In this document: positions 27,923 to 40,836 of the stretch, piece by piece
Layout: each line of letters opens with the position of its first letter
Position numbering within the stretch: the stretch's first letter is position 1
From: Amoebophrya sp. A120
Taxonomy: Eukaryota > Protista > Dinoflagellata
Direction of reading: 5' to 3'
Assembly (NCBI GenBank): GCA_905178155.1
Contig: CAJINV010000001.1
Location: 3,463,675-3,527,674 of the forward strand
Length of the DNA: 64,000 nucleotides
Notes under the pieces: generated by a model
Seen by the model: only the letters and a program-made list of their open reading frames with translations
The model's database searches: none
What the model was told of the DNA's origin: nothing
Translations under genes and position numbers: made by a program

Positions 27923-28824
27923 AACCGCGAGGCGAGCAGCTTTTTTTGTTGCTTCCGACGCAACGAGTTAAAATAAACTGGCGCAGCCACAGTTTCGAGC
28001 TGTTCTCTTTCGATCAATTCGTTTTTGCTCATACTTTCATCCTCATTTCGAAAAGCTTCACATCGATCTACCCGTCTTCAGAATTGCTTATTTCCAAAAA
28101 TTCCGTTCCCGTTCGTGAAAGGTTACCCATACATAGCAAACGCCCTGAGTTAGACTTACTCACTGAAAATTTTCTTTAGCTAGTCAGAATTTTTCCACTT
28201 TCCACTTCCACCCAGCTACTCTTTTCCCCAAGTTGACGTAGACTACTTACTCCTGTTTCAACGATAAAACGGCACTTTTCTGCGAATGTTGGAAAGAACT
28301 TCCTGCACACAAAATCTTTTTTGGAACCGTTCGGCTTCGCAGCAACGACGACCTCGAGCTAAGAACGCAACCATGTCCTGGCTTTTACCGTCCGTGTGTC
28401 TCTGCGAGGTTCCACGCGTGTTATTCTCGCGCTAGTGCACGCGATTTTCGAAGCAATTAACTTGAATGCGCAGAACATTTTTGGATGTACAACTCGATCA
28501 ATCTGATTACAACAACCCGCACGGTGTAGATGCTGATATCTGGCACCATCAACGGATCCTTTGCTGAACCAGTTCAGTAGATAGCAACGCTTAGAATTGT
28601 GTTTGTGCATTTTTTCATGCAACATGTTTTCAGTGTATTCTCTTCCTGATAACCAATGCCTAAGATGATAAATCAATCTGAATCTGCAGCGAACATACTG
28701 TTGGAATTTTTTTGGAATTTCGTTCATCTAAGTAGCTGCTTCGAGATGCCAAAATAGTATACAACTGAGTAATGGTGTAGATTACTATTTGTTAGGGTGA
28801 ATTCTGTATCTGTACTGAAACGAC

Positions 28825-30321
28825 ATGGCGGCCGCCGTCGCAAGCGGGATGTCCACAGTAGTGGAGTTTCGCGCAGGTATTTATTTGTTTAGAAGTCGTT
28901 TTGTCATCTGCCAAGATAGAATAACGTTTGGATTTTTCTGGGGACATGCTCGCCGTCACTTTGGATGAATTTGTCAAACAAGAGAGACCACAACTTTCTG
29001 CGTTTGTTCACAGGTAAGATGAATTGGGACGGGCGGATGTGCACAGCGGACAAGCGAAAGGGGAAAGTTCAACTTGTGAAGGACGCGGAAGATTTGCACC
29101 ACGTGCTGTGGTGGGACCGGGACAAAAACGAGAAAATTGACGATTACGTCGTCGTGCAGGATGCGTACCTGGAGCGGGTTAGAAAATGCACCACTGGCCG
29201 CGTGTAAGATAGAACTACCTTTTCATTCATGCAGGATTTTTCCATGATAGTTTAAGTTTATTGAACTTGAACCAGTAGGGGTGGCGTCAAGCATCAGTTT
29301 CTGCTTGTCTTTGCAGAGTTTTATTCGAAATTGGTGTCCTCGAACAGGCAGAATCATGATCATCCACCCTTTGACTTTCATACAGGTACGTCCTAAAATA
29401 CACGTCATCGTCCGTGCGGGTGTTTTTCTGGATGCAGGAGCCAAAGGACGATAAGGACGACGAGCTGATAAAGAAATTCAACACGACAATAGGCACGGAA
29501 ATACCACTAGCGACGCAGATCGCCGCGACCATCCCGCAGCCCGCGACTTCCAGCGCGATGGCAGCCACCGCCGCCGTCCCGGCCGCCGCACCCCCCGCCA
29601 ACCAGGCGGCACTGCAGGCGCAACTGCTGGCCTTGCTGCAGAACGCAGGGGGCCAGCTGCAAAATGTGGATCAATCCAGGGTACTAGTTGGTTTTCGTGC
29701 TACACGTGTAGGTGAGTAAAGGGGATGAAGTAGATGAAAAATTAATTTCCTGATTTTTAGGCAGCTAGACTCGTTATTTCAAAGGAACCAAAGAAACACC
29801 ATCAAAAGAGCCACACGACATGATGATGAGCTGGAATCATAAATTTCTCACACACTTGCAAAACATCGACAACAGAAATCACGGGTAACCCTGAACTCCA
29901 TGCTGAAAGCCGATGTGCTTCTTACATTAGCGGAAGACAGTGAGGCGCTCGCAGAGCTAAAAACGCATATGCCCAAGGATCAGCAGGAAGACCAGGACGT
30001 CATAGGTAAATACTTGGTACTGCTTGTACTAGAGCATCCAGAGATCAAGAAGTTTCGCTTTGCCAGCTGGACCCAGACACGAAACAATTTTTATTTTTGC
30101 TTTTATTTGCCCATCCTCCAGTGTGAAAAAAAAAAACTTCAACAGATACGATGCACTCTCCGCAGCTAAAGGAGAACATGAAGGTGCTGACGCAAGCGAT
30201 ATATTCCGACCAGCTTCCTGTTCTCTTCACGATGATGGGCCTTGCACAGGGCCCAAACATGAACGAGGACCTGATGGAGACGTTGGTAAAAGCCCTTGAA
30301 GCCACCCACAAGCGGGATTGA
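28825..30321 (+). CDS. RPN13: Proteasome ubiquitin receptor Rpn13/ADRM1
   Basis: VVEFRAGKMNWDG...ADKRKGKVQL...CTTGRVYVLKY...FFWMQEP (PRU domain) across GT-AG introns; C-terminal helical UCH37-binding-like region. Confidence 0.93.
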
Positions 30322-30824
30322 TCGCTCTCTATGGAACATCATCTTGGTGCGCGCGTCACTTTACCTGGAAAGAATCAAATTAGCGACACAAAAGGAATTT
30401 TTCAAAAAGCTGAAAAATCGCCAGAGCCGAAGCGTCTGGCCAAACCGCTGCGTGTCGGGCAGCACATATGCATGTCAGAGTAAGCCTTCGCTACTTCGCT
30501 GTTCTTGCGGGATAGCAGAAGATCTTTCTAGTGTTGATCACGCTCACGAATTGACCTTCATCCGTTCGCCGAATGGATCCTGCTGATAAATATCAATCAC
30601 TTAACCGAAAGCATGATTTGGGGAGCGGTCGATAGCATTGCTTGAGCGTCTCGTCTCGAGAAATAAATGTGAATGATTTCAAAAGCAAAACACTTTCGAG
30701 TGACGTATATTACTGGAGTGGTCGGTGAGAGCTATTCGCGCCCCTGTGCCATTCTCTTCGTACCTGCATAACTGGCCTGGGGGACATACAAGATGGTCCG
30801 CGTTTTCCCGTTGGTGGTTCTTCC

Positions 30825-33800
30825 TTGTCGCCGTTGACAATCATGTTGCATTCCTCCGCGTCGCTGTTGCAGCGGCGCGAGCTCGCGGAAGCGTTCCTCC
30901 AGCTCGGGCTCGGGGTCGTCGGCAGCCCTCCCGAGCGGAAGTTGTTCGTGACCCGAGTGCTAAACGGGACATGGGCGCACAAGACGAACTGCGTCGAGGT
31001 TGGCATGGAGGTGATTTCTGTTGCAGGGACCCGAGTGGAACAATTCCAGACGGTCACCGACCTGGTGCGCGCGATACAAACCATTCGCCCTTTGGAGATA
31101 AAGTTTGGCGTGCGCGATGTGGTTGCAAAAACGGCAAATGTGGCCGCGAAAAAGAACATGTTGCTCCTGGAATGCCTCCTGCCCTCCCCGCGCTTCCGAT
31201 CGCGCGGCGCGCCAGACTTGCAGGCCATTCTCGGCGTGAAGCTCTCGGCCAAACACTGCACGGGTACTGCCTCGACCAGCAGTTCCAGCAGCAGCACTTC
31301 CGGCAGCAGGTTCGAGTTCAAGCGGCTGGTCTTGTCGGGGGTCGAACCGAACGGGTTTGCCTACAGCGAGGGCTTGCAGGTCGGGGACGAACTGTTGAAG
31401 ATTGGAAATTTGTACCTCCCAGATTACCTTCCCATGACGCTGGAGTCAGTTTCCGAGTTCCTGGACGACCGCCACCGGCCGCTGATCCTGCAGGTGCGCA
31501 GACCCTTCAAACCGGGAATGCACGAATCGCTGAAGACCCTTCCAATATCAACTGCAAGGGACGAGGAGCACGAGGAGCGTTCGGCACCGGGTGCACCAGG
31601 TGGAGTTCTACTTGATTCGCAAAAACAAGAACAAGCCTATCCCCACCGCCTGGTGCGGTTTTCCTGCAAGAAGTTTCTTCCACAGACCGCGGAGGAGCAG
31701 AAGGCCGACCAGTTCAAGATGGGCCTGCGCATGCGGCAGGCGCCACCCGTGCGTGACTGGAGCGACATAACGGTGTTGGCGGTCACCCCGGGCACCTGGG
31801 GCGCGCTGCACACCCCCGTACAGGCCGGGGACATCCTGTTTGCCGTGAACGGGAAGCGGATTGCGAACCTCGCCCGCGTATCAAATGCAAAAATGTCTGG
31901 TTCTGGAAGAATGCGCGATTTGTCATGCAGCTTTTCCGTGACCCATGGCCATGAGGTCTGGAATGCAAGACCTAGCATGACAGATTCTGTGCGATCTTTC
32001 TCATGCCTATCCTGCATGAGAAACTGCCTTCCGACTTTGTCAAAACTGGACGACTTTTGGTAATCATGCAACACAGATTTTTGCATGCTTCAGATTTAGC
32101 ATGACAAGTTGCATTCTTCCAGACCCAGACACTTTTACATTTGGCACCGCGCGGAATTTTCCGGATTGCTGGTGCAGCCGGCAAAGGTGACCGCGGAAAA
32201 GGAGAAGTTTGCGGAGCTGACGTTCCTGCGCCCCATGTCGCGCGTCGAAGTGCCGTTCCTATCAAGTGTAAAAATGTCTGGGTCTGGAAGAATGCGCGAT
32301 TTGTCATGCTTCTCTGGCATGACTCTTAAATCTGTCATGCAGGTTACCCAAGAGCCCCACTTTCCTGTCATGCAAAAACGCAGTTTGTCATGCAGAATAG
32401 GCAACACCTAGAAGCTCAGAAACTTGTCATGCTGAGCCAGCACTTATGGCTTCCTCATGATACGCCACCCAGCATCACAAGTTTCCAGACCCAGACACTT
32501 TTACATTTGATAGTTCCCGGTGGGGGCCAACTGCGTGGTCTTGGATCGGGACTACAAAGTGCGGGAGGGCGATCCTGGTCGGATGGGCAGCAGCGGTTCC
32601 GACGGCGAAGACGAGGAGGACGAGGAAGTGGAGATGCTGTGGACCCCGGAGGCCGTCGTGAAGGAGGCCGCAAAGCAGGAGGCCGCGCGGAGGTTTGCCG
32701 TTTCCGACAGTGTGCCGTCCTCGCCAGCCGCGAGAGCAGCGAAGGCGAAGAGTGCAGCGGGAGCAGCTTCGGCTTCCGGGGCAACCACCAGAGCGGATGA
32801 AGAACCAGGCGCTCCTGCACAACCAGGGCCTGCCGTCTCATCTCCTTCTGCCGGCCGGGAGCTCCTGACGGTCGCTGTCGGCGAGGACCAAAGTGGGCGA
32901 GCGGTGCACGATTTAGGTCTTTCGCTGCATCGCCTGTCGCTCCACGATCGCATCTTCGTTTCGCACGTCGAGCCGGATGCCTGGGCCCAGCGGAACGGCG
33001 TTATGAGCGGTGCCGAGGTGCTCGCGATCAGCGAATGGCAGGTGAAAGACATGTTTGCCGGCGCGATGCGGGAGAAGGAGAGCAAAGACGGGGAGGACTT
33101 GGACCCTTTTGAGGAAAAGCGGCTGGAGCGAAGATTCATCTCCGTCGACAGTTTTCTCGCGTCGCAAGTCGCGAAACGCAGACCGCTCTTCCTTAACTTC
33201 GCGTTGCCGACGTTCTACACAGTGGACGCGGAGGAAGGCGAGCGCGTCTTGGGGTTCACGCCCCTCGACATGCCGCCGAGCGCGATGTACATCGACAAAG
33301 TGGAGGAATCCGGGTCGTGGGCGGCGCAAAAGGGCGTCTCCGCCGGCGACGAGCTGTTGCAGGTGGGGGGGAAGCCGGTAGCCGACATGGTGGAAAAAGA
33401 CGACCTCTACACCGCTATGACGGAAAGACCGACGACTTTCATGTTCGCAAAGCACGACGCGTTTTTCGCGCAGCTCGCTACTGGAAAGCAGGATGCGCAC
33501 GAGATAGAGGTAGTGCCGGATAGCACAGCGCCGCTTGATGAGGAACACGACGAAGAGGCGCATCATGCTGCTGCGCGTCACCACGTGGCGGCGGCGTCGA
33601 ATAAACCAAAGCACCACCGTCCGCACCATCACAGCCACCACCCGCGGCACCACCTGCCACATCACCGTAATGTTCACCAGGTTGCCGCCGGGAAAGATGA
33701 GGAAAAGGGAGAAGGTGTCGATCCAGGGTCCCACGTGGCTGTGCAGAGGAAAGTGCACGCGGAGAAAAAGCGATCGCAAACGGGGACTGTTGCGGACCAG

Positions 33801-36800
33801 GGACTTCTAGAGTCCGCAGAGCACGAGGAGGAGGACTCGGAGTTAGAGGAAGTGCCCGAGCAGCTGCAGCCAGGGACTGCGGGGGCTGCGGCCGTGCAAC
33901 ATCCGAAGCACAGACATCCCAAGCACGTCGCACGGAAAGCTGCTGCGGGTCGTGCACCGCAGCACAAGGAATCAGCGGCCGATTCCTTACAGAAGACCGC
34001 AAGTCCTCTGCTTGTTCGAGATGAAACGAAGAAAGAGGGAGATGACGACCATGGATTTATTGAAGGAGATGTTGGTGGTCCTGCTCCTACAACTACTCGT
34101 CAAGATGAAAAAGAACCTGTAAAAAAGAAGGAGTTAGAGTTGGTCGGCGGTCTTCCCGGAATACAGTCGCGGCCACTTCCCAAACGCAGCTTTGCGCCGA
34201 TCGCGCCAAAAGCGGAAGAGCCAGCGGAAGATCAAGAAGACGACGAGTTCGAACTCGTTATTGCAGAGGGCAAGCTGGGCTGCAGCGTGGACCCGAAGCG
34301 GCACGTCGTCGTGTCTGTGGCGAAGAACGGACCGGCGGAAAAGATCGGCGTGAAGCCTGGCGACCACGTTTTGCGAGTCAATGGAGAGCTCGTGAAAAAC
34401 GTTCCCCGGAACGCCTGGTCCGGACGGCCCATCACGCTGACGCTGCGCCACGATCCCGAGGCCGTCGAGCTGCCGAAAATCAAGCGCCCGCACAAGAAGC
34501 CGAGCCGCGGTACCAGGGGCGGCCAGAACAAGGGTGGCGGTAGGGCAGCTGCGACTTTTCCCGAAACCAATGAGACGGATGAAAATCTGAAGCTAGTCGT
34601 CGTCGAGGATCCGGATCTCGGCTGCGGCATTGACCCCCAGAGCGGATTTCGCGTAGTGAGCGTCGCCGCTGGAGGGGTCGCATACCGGGCGGGGATCCGG
34701 GTCGGCGACTTCGTGGTTCGGGCGAACGGGAAAGCGCCGGTGGAACTCGAGCCCGATGCTTGGAGTTTGCGCCCGCTTCGGCTCGAGTTCGCGAGTGGAT
34801 TGATGGGTGACAGCATCAACGTCGGTACAGGACCACCTGGGAAAAAACCAGCAGTCAAGCAGGCCTCCTCTGGACCAACGCAAAGTCCTTCCGCACCCTC
34901 TGCCGCAGCCCCGGGGTCGGCGGTAGCCGCGGGGGAGTCGTACACCATCGAGATCCGCGATTCCGATATGGGTTGCGCGATTGACCCCGACGAGTTTCGT
35001 ATTCTCGAAGTGGCATCGGGGGGTGCGGCGGCCGCGCTTGGGGTTCGAGTGGGTGATGTCGTGAAGAGGATCGCGGGGAAATCGCCACAGGAGATGCCTC
35101 CCGACGTGTGGACGCAGCGGCCGTTGGAGCTGGAGGTCGAGCGCCCGAAGGACAAAGCGGTCGCGGGCGTGTCTCCGTTCAAAGTTGTTACGGAGCCAAG
35201 TCGTGAGGAGAAGGAGGACGACGGCACGTTTTCTGTGCGCGTGGTCCATCCGGACATGGGTTGTGGCATCGATCCAGACAAAAACTTCGAGGTCGTCAGC
35301 GTCGAGCGGAGGGGCACCGCCGCGAAGCACGGCGTTCGCGTAGGCGACACGGTGATCACCGCGAACGGGGTGCCGCCGGCCGATCTACCGCCAGATGATT
35401 GGGTCAAGCGACCGCTGGAATTGCAATTCCGGCGTGCGGCTGTGCCGGTCCAGGAGAAGGCTGCAGCCGGTAAAAGTACGAAAAAAGGTAAAGGCCGGGA
35501 AAAGAAAGGACAGAAAGTGACGGAAGAGCTACAACCTGTCTCAGCACCATCTGACGCACCAGCTGAGGCTGCTGTTGATACTGCGAAAGTAGAAGCACCA
35601 GCGACAGCCAATGCACCGGAGGAAGGAGTTGTAGTTGTACAACAACGACCAAAGGCAAAACCAAAACCGCCCTCCTCCGCCCCGAAGAGGCCGCCTCCGC
35701 CTGCGGAAACGAAACCACCAGCACCTCCGGATTCCAAACAGGATGAGCCTCCTGCGATAGCAGAGGAAAAGGCAGTGACCGGCTCTGTTTTCGCCAAGTC
35801 CACCGTGTTTGCGGCCAAGCCAAAGCCTCCAACGGTGTTTGGGAAGTCGCAGGTCTTTGGCACCAAAGCGAAAGCTACACCGCCCGTCTCGAAAGCGGGT
35901 ACGCCTCTTGAAGAACCGGCGCCAGACGGGATGGTTGCCTTCACGGTACAGGAGGAAGAGCTCTCCTGTGACATCGACCCGCGCACCATGAAGGTGAAGA
36001 ACATTCTCCCGGCTGGTGTTGCTGCGAGCGCCGGCGTGCAGGAAGGAGACACCATCGTGACCATCAATGGGAAAAGAATCCCCGACGTGTCCATGTCGGA
36101 CTGGGGTCGTAGGCCGCTGCGCATCGTTGTGAAACCAAGATCTTCCGCAGGAGCGCAAGTTGTAGCCGCAAGCCCGGTGCTGAAAGACAAAAAATTCTCG
36201 CAGGAGAAGAGCACCACGTTTGCCGTCACTGTGGAGGAAGCGGACATGGGCTGCGGTATCGATCCCGAGGCGGGCTTTCGGGTCGTCAGCGTAGCCCCCG
36301 ACGGCGCCGCGGCATCCGCAAATGTCAAGGTAGGCGACCGGGTTGTGGCCGTGAATGGACAGCTGCCACAGCAAGTGGACAATAACGAGTGGACCCTGAG
36401 GCCATTGGAACTCGTCTTCGATCGAGCACCTCCTACTTCACCAGAAAGGAGAGCCGAACGCGGTGGGATAGGATCCTTGTTTTCTTCCGCCTCCAAGAGG
36501 AAAGGAGATTCAAAGCCAGAGGAGAAAAAACCAGAGGCAGAACCTCCGCCACCGGTGGGTGAAGTGATTGAAAGGGTCGATCCTGCAGAAGTCACCCGCC
36601 GGGACGAATTGCTTGCGGACCTGATGGACACGGGGGATCAGTACGCTGCCGAGGTTCCGTCGAACATGCGCGGGAACCTCGGCTTCCGGCTGGACTACAG
36701 CGCTTTCCCCTTCAAAGTGCGCGGCGTCAACGCCACGGGGTGGGCCGCGAACTCGCGAGTCAACCGGGGGGACGTGCTTTTAGAAGTGCAGGTGCAGGAA

Positions 36801-39800
36801 CCCAACCCGCACTACAAGAAGAAAGCGAAGAAGCGGTTGGCCGACCGGGCGGACCGTACGGGCCGGCGGGAAACGGAACTGGGTGCCCCACCCAGTCGCA
36901 CCACCGGCGTGTTGCGCACGCTTGGCACGCCGCTGAATTTTGGCTTCAACGCAGCGGGTGCAGTGGCGGCCGCGACCGCAGCCACCGCGAGGCGCGTGGG
37001 CGTGCTGGGCAAGGCGAAAGTAAAGACAAAGGCGAAACGGAGTCTCGCGCCGATCGACCGGGGCATTGACGATCCCGATTTGGACGAGGCGGCGGAGACG
37101 CAGCAGGCCATTGCGGCACAGTTGGAGGAGGAACCGACGATAACGAAAGCGGTGTCCACGGCAGAACTGACGGAAAACAACCTCCGGGACATCCTGAACG
37201 ACCAGCGCCCCCTGACCCTGGTTTTCGCGAAGTCGACCAACACCGCAGATCTGGACACCAGTGTGACCGTGAACGAGGAGGGCGTGGTGCGGCAGCCGCC
37301 GGCCGCGCCCAAATCGCGCGCGAAGCCCGCCGCGCAAGTGATCGCGGCGCAGCAGGCCGGCGCGAAGCAGGGCAACATCGGCATGGCCTTCGGCATGCCG
37401 CCCAACGCGTTCGAGGGCATCGAAAACGTGGCAACGGCCTCGGAGGAGGAGGGCGGCACCATCAAAACCGTGCGTGTGACCGCGGAAAAAGCCGACAAGG
37501 CCCTCGGGTTCGTCCCCTTCGCGATCGCGCCCCCCGACCCGATTTTGGTGAAGCGCATCACGCCCGACACGTGGGCCGAGAAGGTCGGGCTGCAGGCCGG
37601 AGACGCGATTGTGAAGGTGGCGGGGAAGAAGGTTGCGGACTACGGCAACCGCGACGAGGTCGCGGAAGTTCTCCGGACGAAGCGGCCGCTCGACCTGGAA
37701 CTGCATCGAGATGTGCCCGAGGGTGGGGAGGCTGCGGAGTCCAGTCCGGCCGAATCCACCGAAAGCAGCGCCACCTCGGAGTCTTCGTCGTCCGTCGACG
37801 CGAACGCGCCGGACGCGCTGGCCGCGGGAAAGAAAAAGCTGCGCCGGGTCGAGGGCACGAACGCGCCTCCGCCACCCCCCAAGAGGGACCTGCCGGACAA
37901 GCTTCTGGTGCGGTCCGTCCGCGCGGGGCAGCTGCCGAAGAAGCCGAAGGGGCCCGTGGCGAAGGCGCCCGAGAACCCGATCGTCGCGAAGGTCACGGGG
38001 CTGTTCGGTGCGGGGGCCGCGCAGCCGAAAGGGCAGGTGTACAAGAAGGCGCCGAAGCACTTTTTGGCCGGAAGAGATATGGAAAGAGAGACCGAGGACG
38101 TGGACGAGCTGTCGCCTACGTCCGCGGCGGCGAATTCTAAACCTATCAACTTCGAGGTGCAGATCCCTGTCCGGAGCCTGAAGACCGCGAAGCAGCTGGG
38201 GGTCGCGAGTTGGCGGGTCGACCGCGAGCACGGGGTCTTCGTGAAGCGCTTAGACACGAGTAAGGAGAACCGGTTCGCCCTCGCCGAAGGCATCCACGTG
38301 CACGACCGGTTGATCCACGCGGGGCGGGACCAGATTCCCTCCACGGCCTTCTTCCGCCTGCTTCGGGCGCGCGCCGACGGCCACGTGTCGCAGTACCTGT
38401 GGCAGCAAGCGGAAACGACGACGTTGAAGATGCAATTCGAGAGGCCGGTGGAAACCGTCGCGGCGACCGTCACGCTGGAGGTGTTTCTCCCGGACGGGTA
38501 CGACCAGCAGACGATGTTCTCGGTGGACACGAAAACCAAATGGAAAGGCGGCTTTCCCCTGACCAATTTGCAGGAGTACGCTTTCGATCACTTGCACCTC
38601 CGTCCTGGGGACCTGCTCCACGGGATTGTGAAGAAGGACCAGAACCCCACGAGGATACCGCCCGGAGAGGAAGACGGATGGTCACACCCTGTTCCCATTG
38701 ATCAGGTAGGGGCAAACGGATTTTTTTGCTGTTTGAATACGTGTTGCTCATGCGTTTTCGTACAACCTGAACCTTACATCATTTTCATTGTGTGTCCGTG
38801 TTCCAAGATATCTGTTTCTCACTTGAGCCTTGGGAAAAAAAAACTCGCAGGTAGCGGCACGCTTCGACCGCGCCAGCGAAGTAAAGTCCGTGCGAAAAAC
38901 GATTGCTTCTTTGACCCCCTTGCGGCTGGTGGTGCAGGCGTTTCATCGGCGCAAGACCCTGTTTCTGCCGCACGCGGGTCACTTGGAGAAGATGGGCCTT
39001 ACGTTAGGCGAAAGTTCCACACGGCTGTTTGTGCTGGCGGTGCAGCCCGGTAGTTTTGCGGCAACGGCGCATGTGGAGGCCGGGATGGAGATTGTGGGCA
39101 TGAACGGTCGTGCGCTGGTGCGGTACGCTGATCTGCACGGTGCTCTTGCGTTGGGACCTGCACGCGAGGGGATGCATCAAACGATGATCATAGACGATCT
39201 GTGCGAGCACGAGCAGGAGGCCGAGAGCCGTGAACCATCAAAAACTACTTGTCGGGAAGATTATACGGTAGGAGCTGTTGAGCTGGAAGATAGAAAAGCA
39301 ACTGGTCGTTCTAACCAGTTGGAATTCGCTGCTTTCGAAAAGTTTCCTGTTCTCCGCGAGGGTTCGCACACCATGATGGAAGCGGCCATGCGCGGCGTGA
39401 CGCAGTTCCAGGGAGCCGCCGGCGACGAAGACGCAACGACGGACGAGGAGCTGCGACAGCGGAAGCAGAAGGCAGATTTCTACGGGCACGAGTACATGCC
39501 ACACCACGTGTCGCCCCGGGGTGAGCAGGGCGCGGCGGAGCAGGAAGATCGCGCGCGGGAGAAACGCGAGCGTGACCGTAAGCGGGATTTCTACCACAAC
39601 GAGCCGCAGCTTGTGCAGCGCGAAAACCAGCGGGCCGCGGACTTGCGGAGTCGCGCGCGCGTACAAGATTTGCCCGATACGGACTCCGAGCAGGAGCGGC
39701 TGCGAAGGCAAAAGCGGGATTTCTACGGCGATCCGCACGCCACGGAAGACACCGCCGCGGAAGCGCGAGAGCGCAGAGAGAAGGCGGACTACTACCGCGT

Positions 39801-40836
39801 CGGCCCTCCAAAGATGGCAGCGAAACCGCTGACCGGGGTCCGCGACATCCAGCTGGGGAAGAACAAACAAGTGTCGTTCGCAGAACAGCTCACTGCAAGC
39901 AGCGCCCGGCCGCTGAACGCGAAGCAGTTTGGTTCCGCGGCGAAATCTCCCGACGGGCCTGCTCCGGTGGTAGTTGCAGAAAAAAATGGCGGGACCACGA
40001 GTGCAGGCAAAGCCGCGAAACCGGCGTTCAAGCCCGCCGGAAGAGCCGCGCCGCCGCCCGTTCGTGGTGCACAGCAGGAACTACAGAAGGCCAGCCCGAC
40101 CGTGCAGCGGAAGCCACCCCCGAAGCCGCCACCGCGCTACGCAGAGTCCCACATCGGAGAAGATGAGCCGCCCGCTGAGGCCACGCCGGGGGCACTCGGG
40201 AACTTGGCCGGCCTAGCGTCCGGCATGGTGCAGCAGTTTGGGAACTTTGTGAAGCAAACCCCGATGGGGGTCCCCGCGGCGCTGGCGCCCGACGCCCAAG
40301 AAGGCGTTTATGACGATGAGCAGGCGCACGAGGGTGAATGGGGCGAGGACGAGGAGTACTGGGACGAGGAAGACGAACCGCCGAAACTGAATTTCACCCG
40401 GCGCAGCGACCAGGCTAAGGCGCTGCAGGCCGAAGAGATCGACGCGGAGACCGCCGCGCACGAGGAGCTCTCGGATATTCAGCTCGAGAAGGTGGCGCCG
40501 CAGGTCCCGGAGGCGGAGTTCGATTACACGAAGTACGGCTACTTTCTGGTCGCACTGGACGTAGACGTGCAGGGGGAGGACCTGGGCTTTGCCATTGCGC
40601 GGAGGCGCAACGCCGTACCAGGAACCCTGGAGTTCGCGTGCCCCCGGGTTCGCACTCTGAACGAACAGGCCTCGTGGGCGTTCGACAACCTCGTGGAGCG
40701 GGGAGACTTGGTGTTCTGGATCGGCCACTACCTCGCGCGACACTTGAGGCAAAAGGAAATTCGCGAGATGCTCGCGAACGAGCGGCCCCTGCAAATCATC
40801 TTCGCGCGGAAGCTCAGCTCGGTATGGGAAGCCTGA
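30825..40836 (+). CDS. Giant multi-PDZ-domain protein (~3100 aa)
   Basis: Many G(L/V)xxGDxxxxVNG...RPLxL PDZ-like units. ORFs 30825, 32109, 32520 and 38830 join in frame after removing two TIR elements and GT-AG intron 38706-38850; start uncertain. Confidence 0.8.
31879..32146. mobile_element. TIR introner/MITE copy 3 (268 bp), TSD CCGCG
   Basis: Same TIRs; CCGCG at 31874-31878 and 32147-32151; removal gives NLARAEFSGLLV. Confidence 0.94.
32260..32512. mobile_element. TIR introner/MITE copy 4 (253 bp), TSD GTTCC
   Basis: Same TIRs; GTTCC at 32255-32259 and 32513-32517; removal gives VEVPFPVGANCVV. Confidence 0.94.

Noticed and set aside
31637-32822. Many short ORFs on both strands sharing KMSGSGR, PDPDIF or FQTQTFLHL peptides
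   Set aside because: These are translations of the introner TIRs, not a protein family
34232-38231. Long minus-strand ORFs (799 aa, 483 aa and others)
   Set aside because: Antisense shadows of the GC-rich PDZ coding sequence; no domain signal
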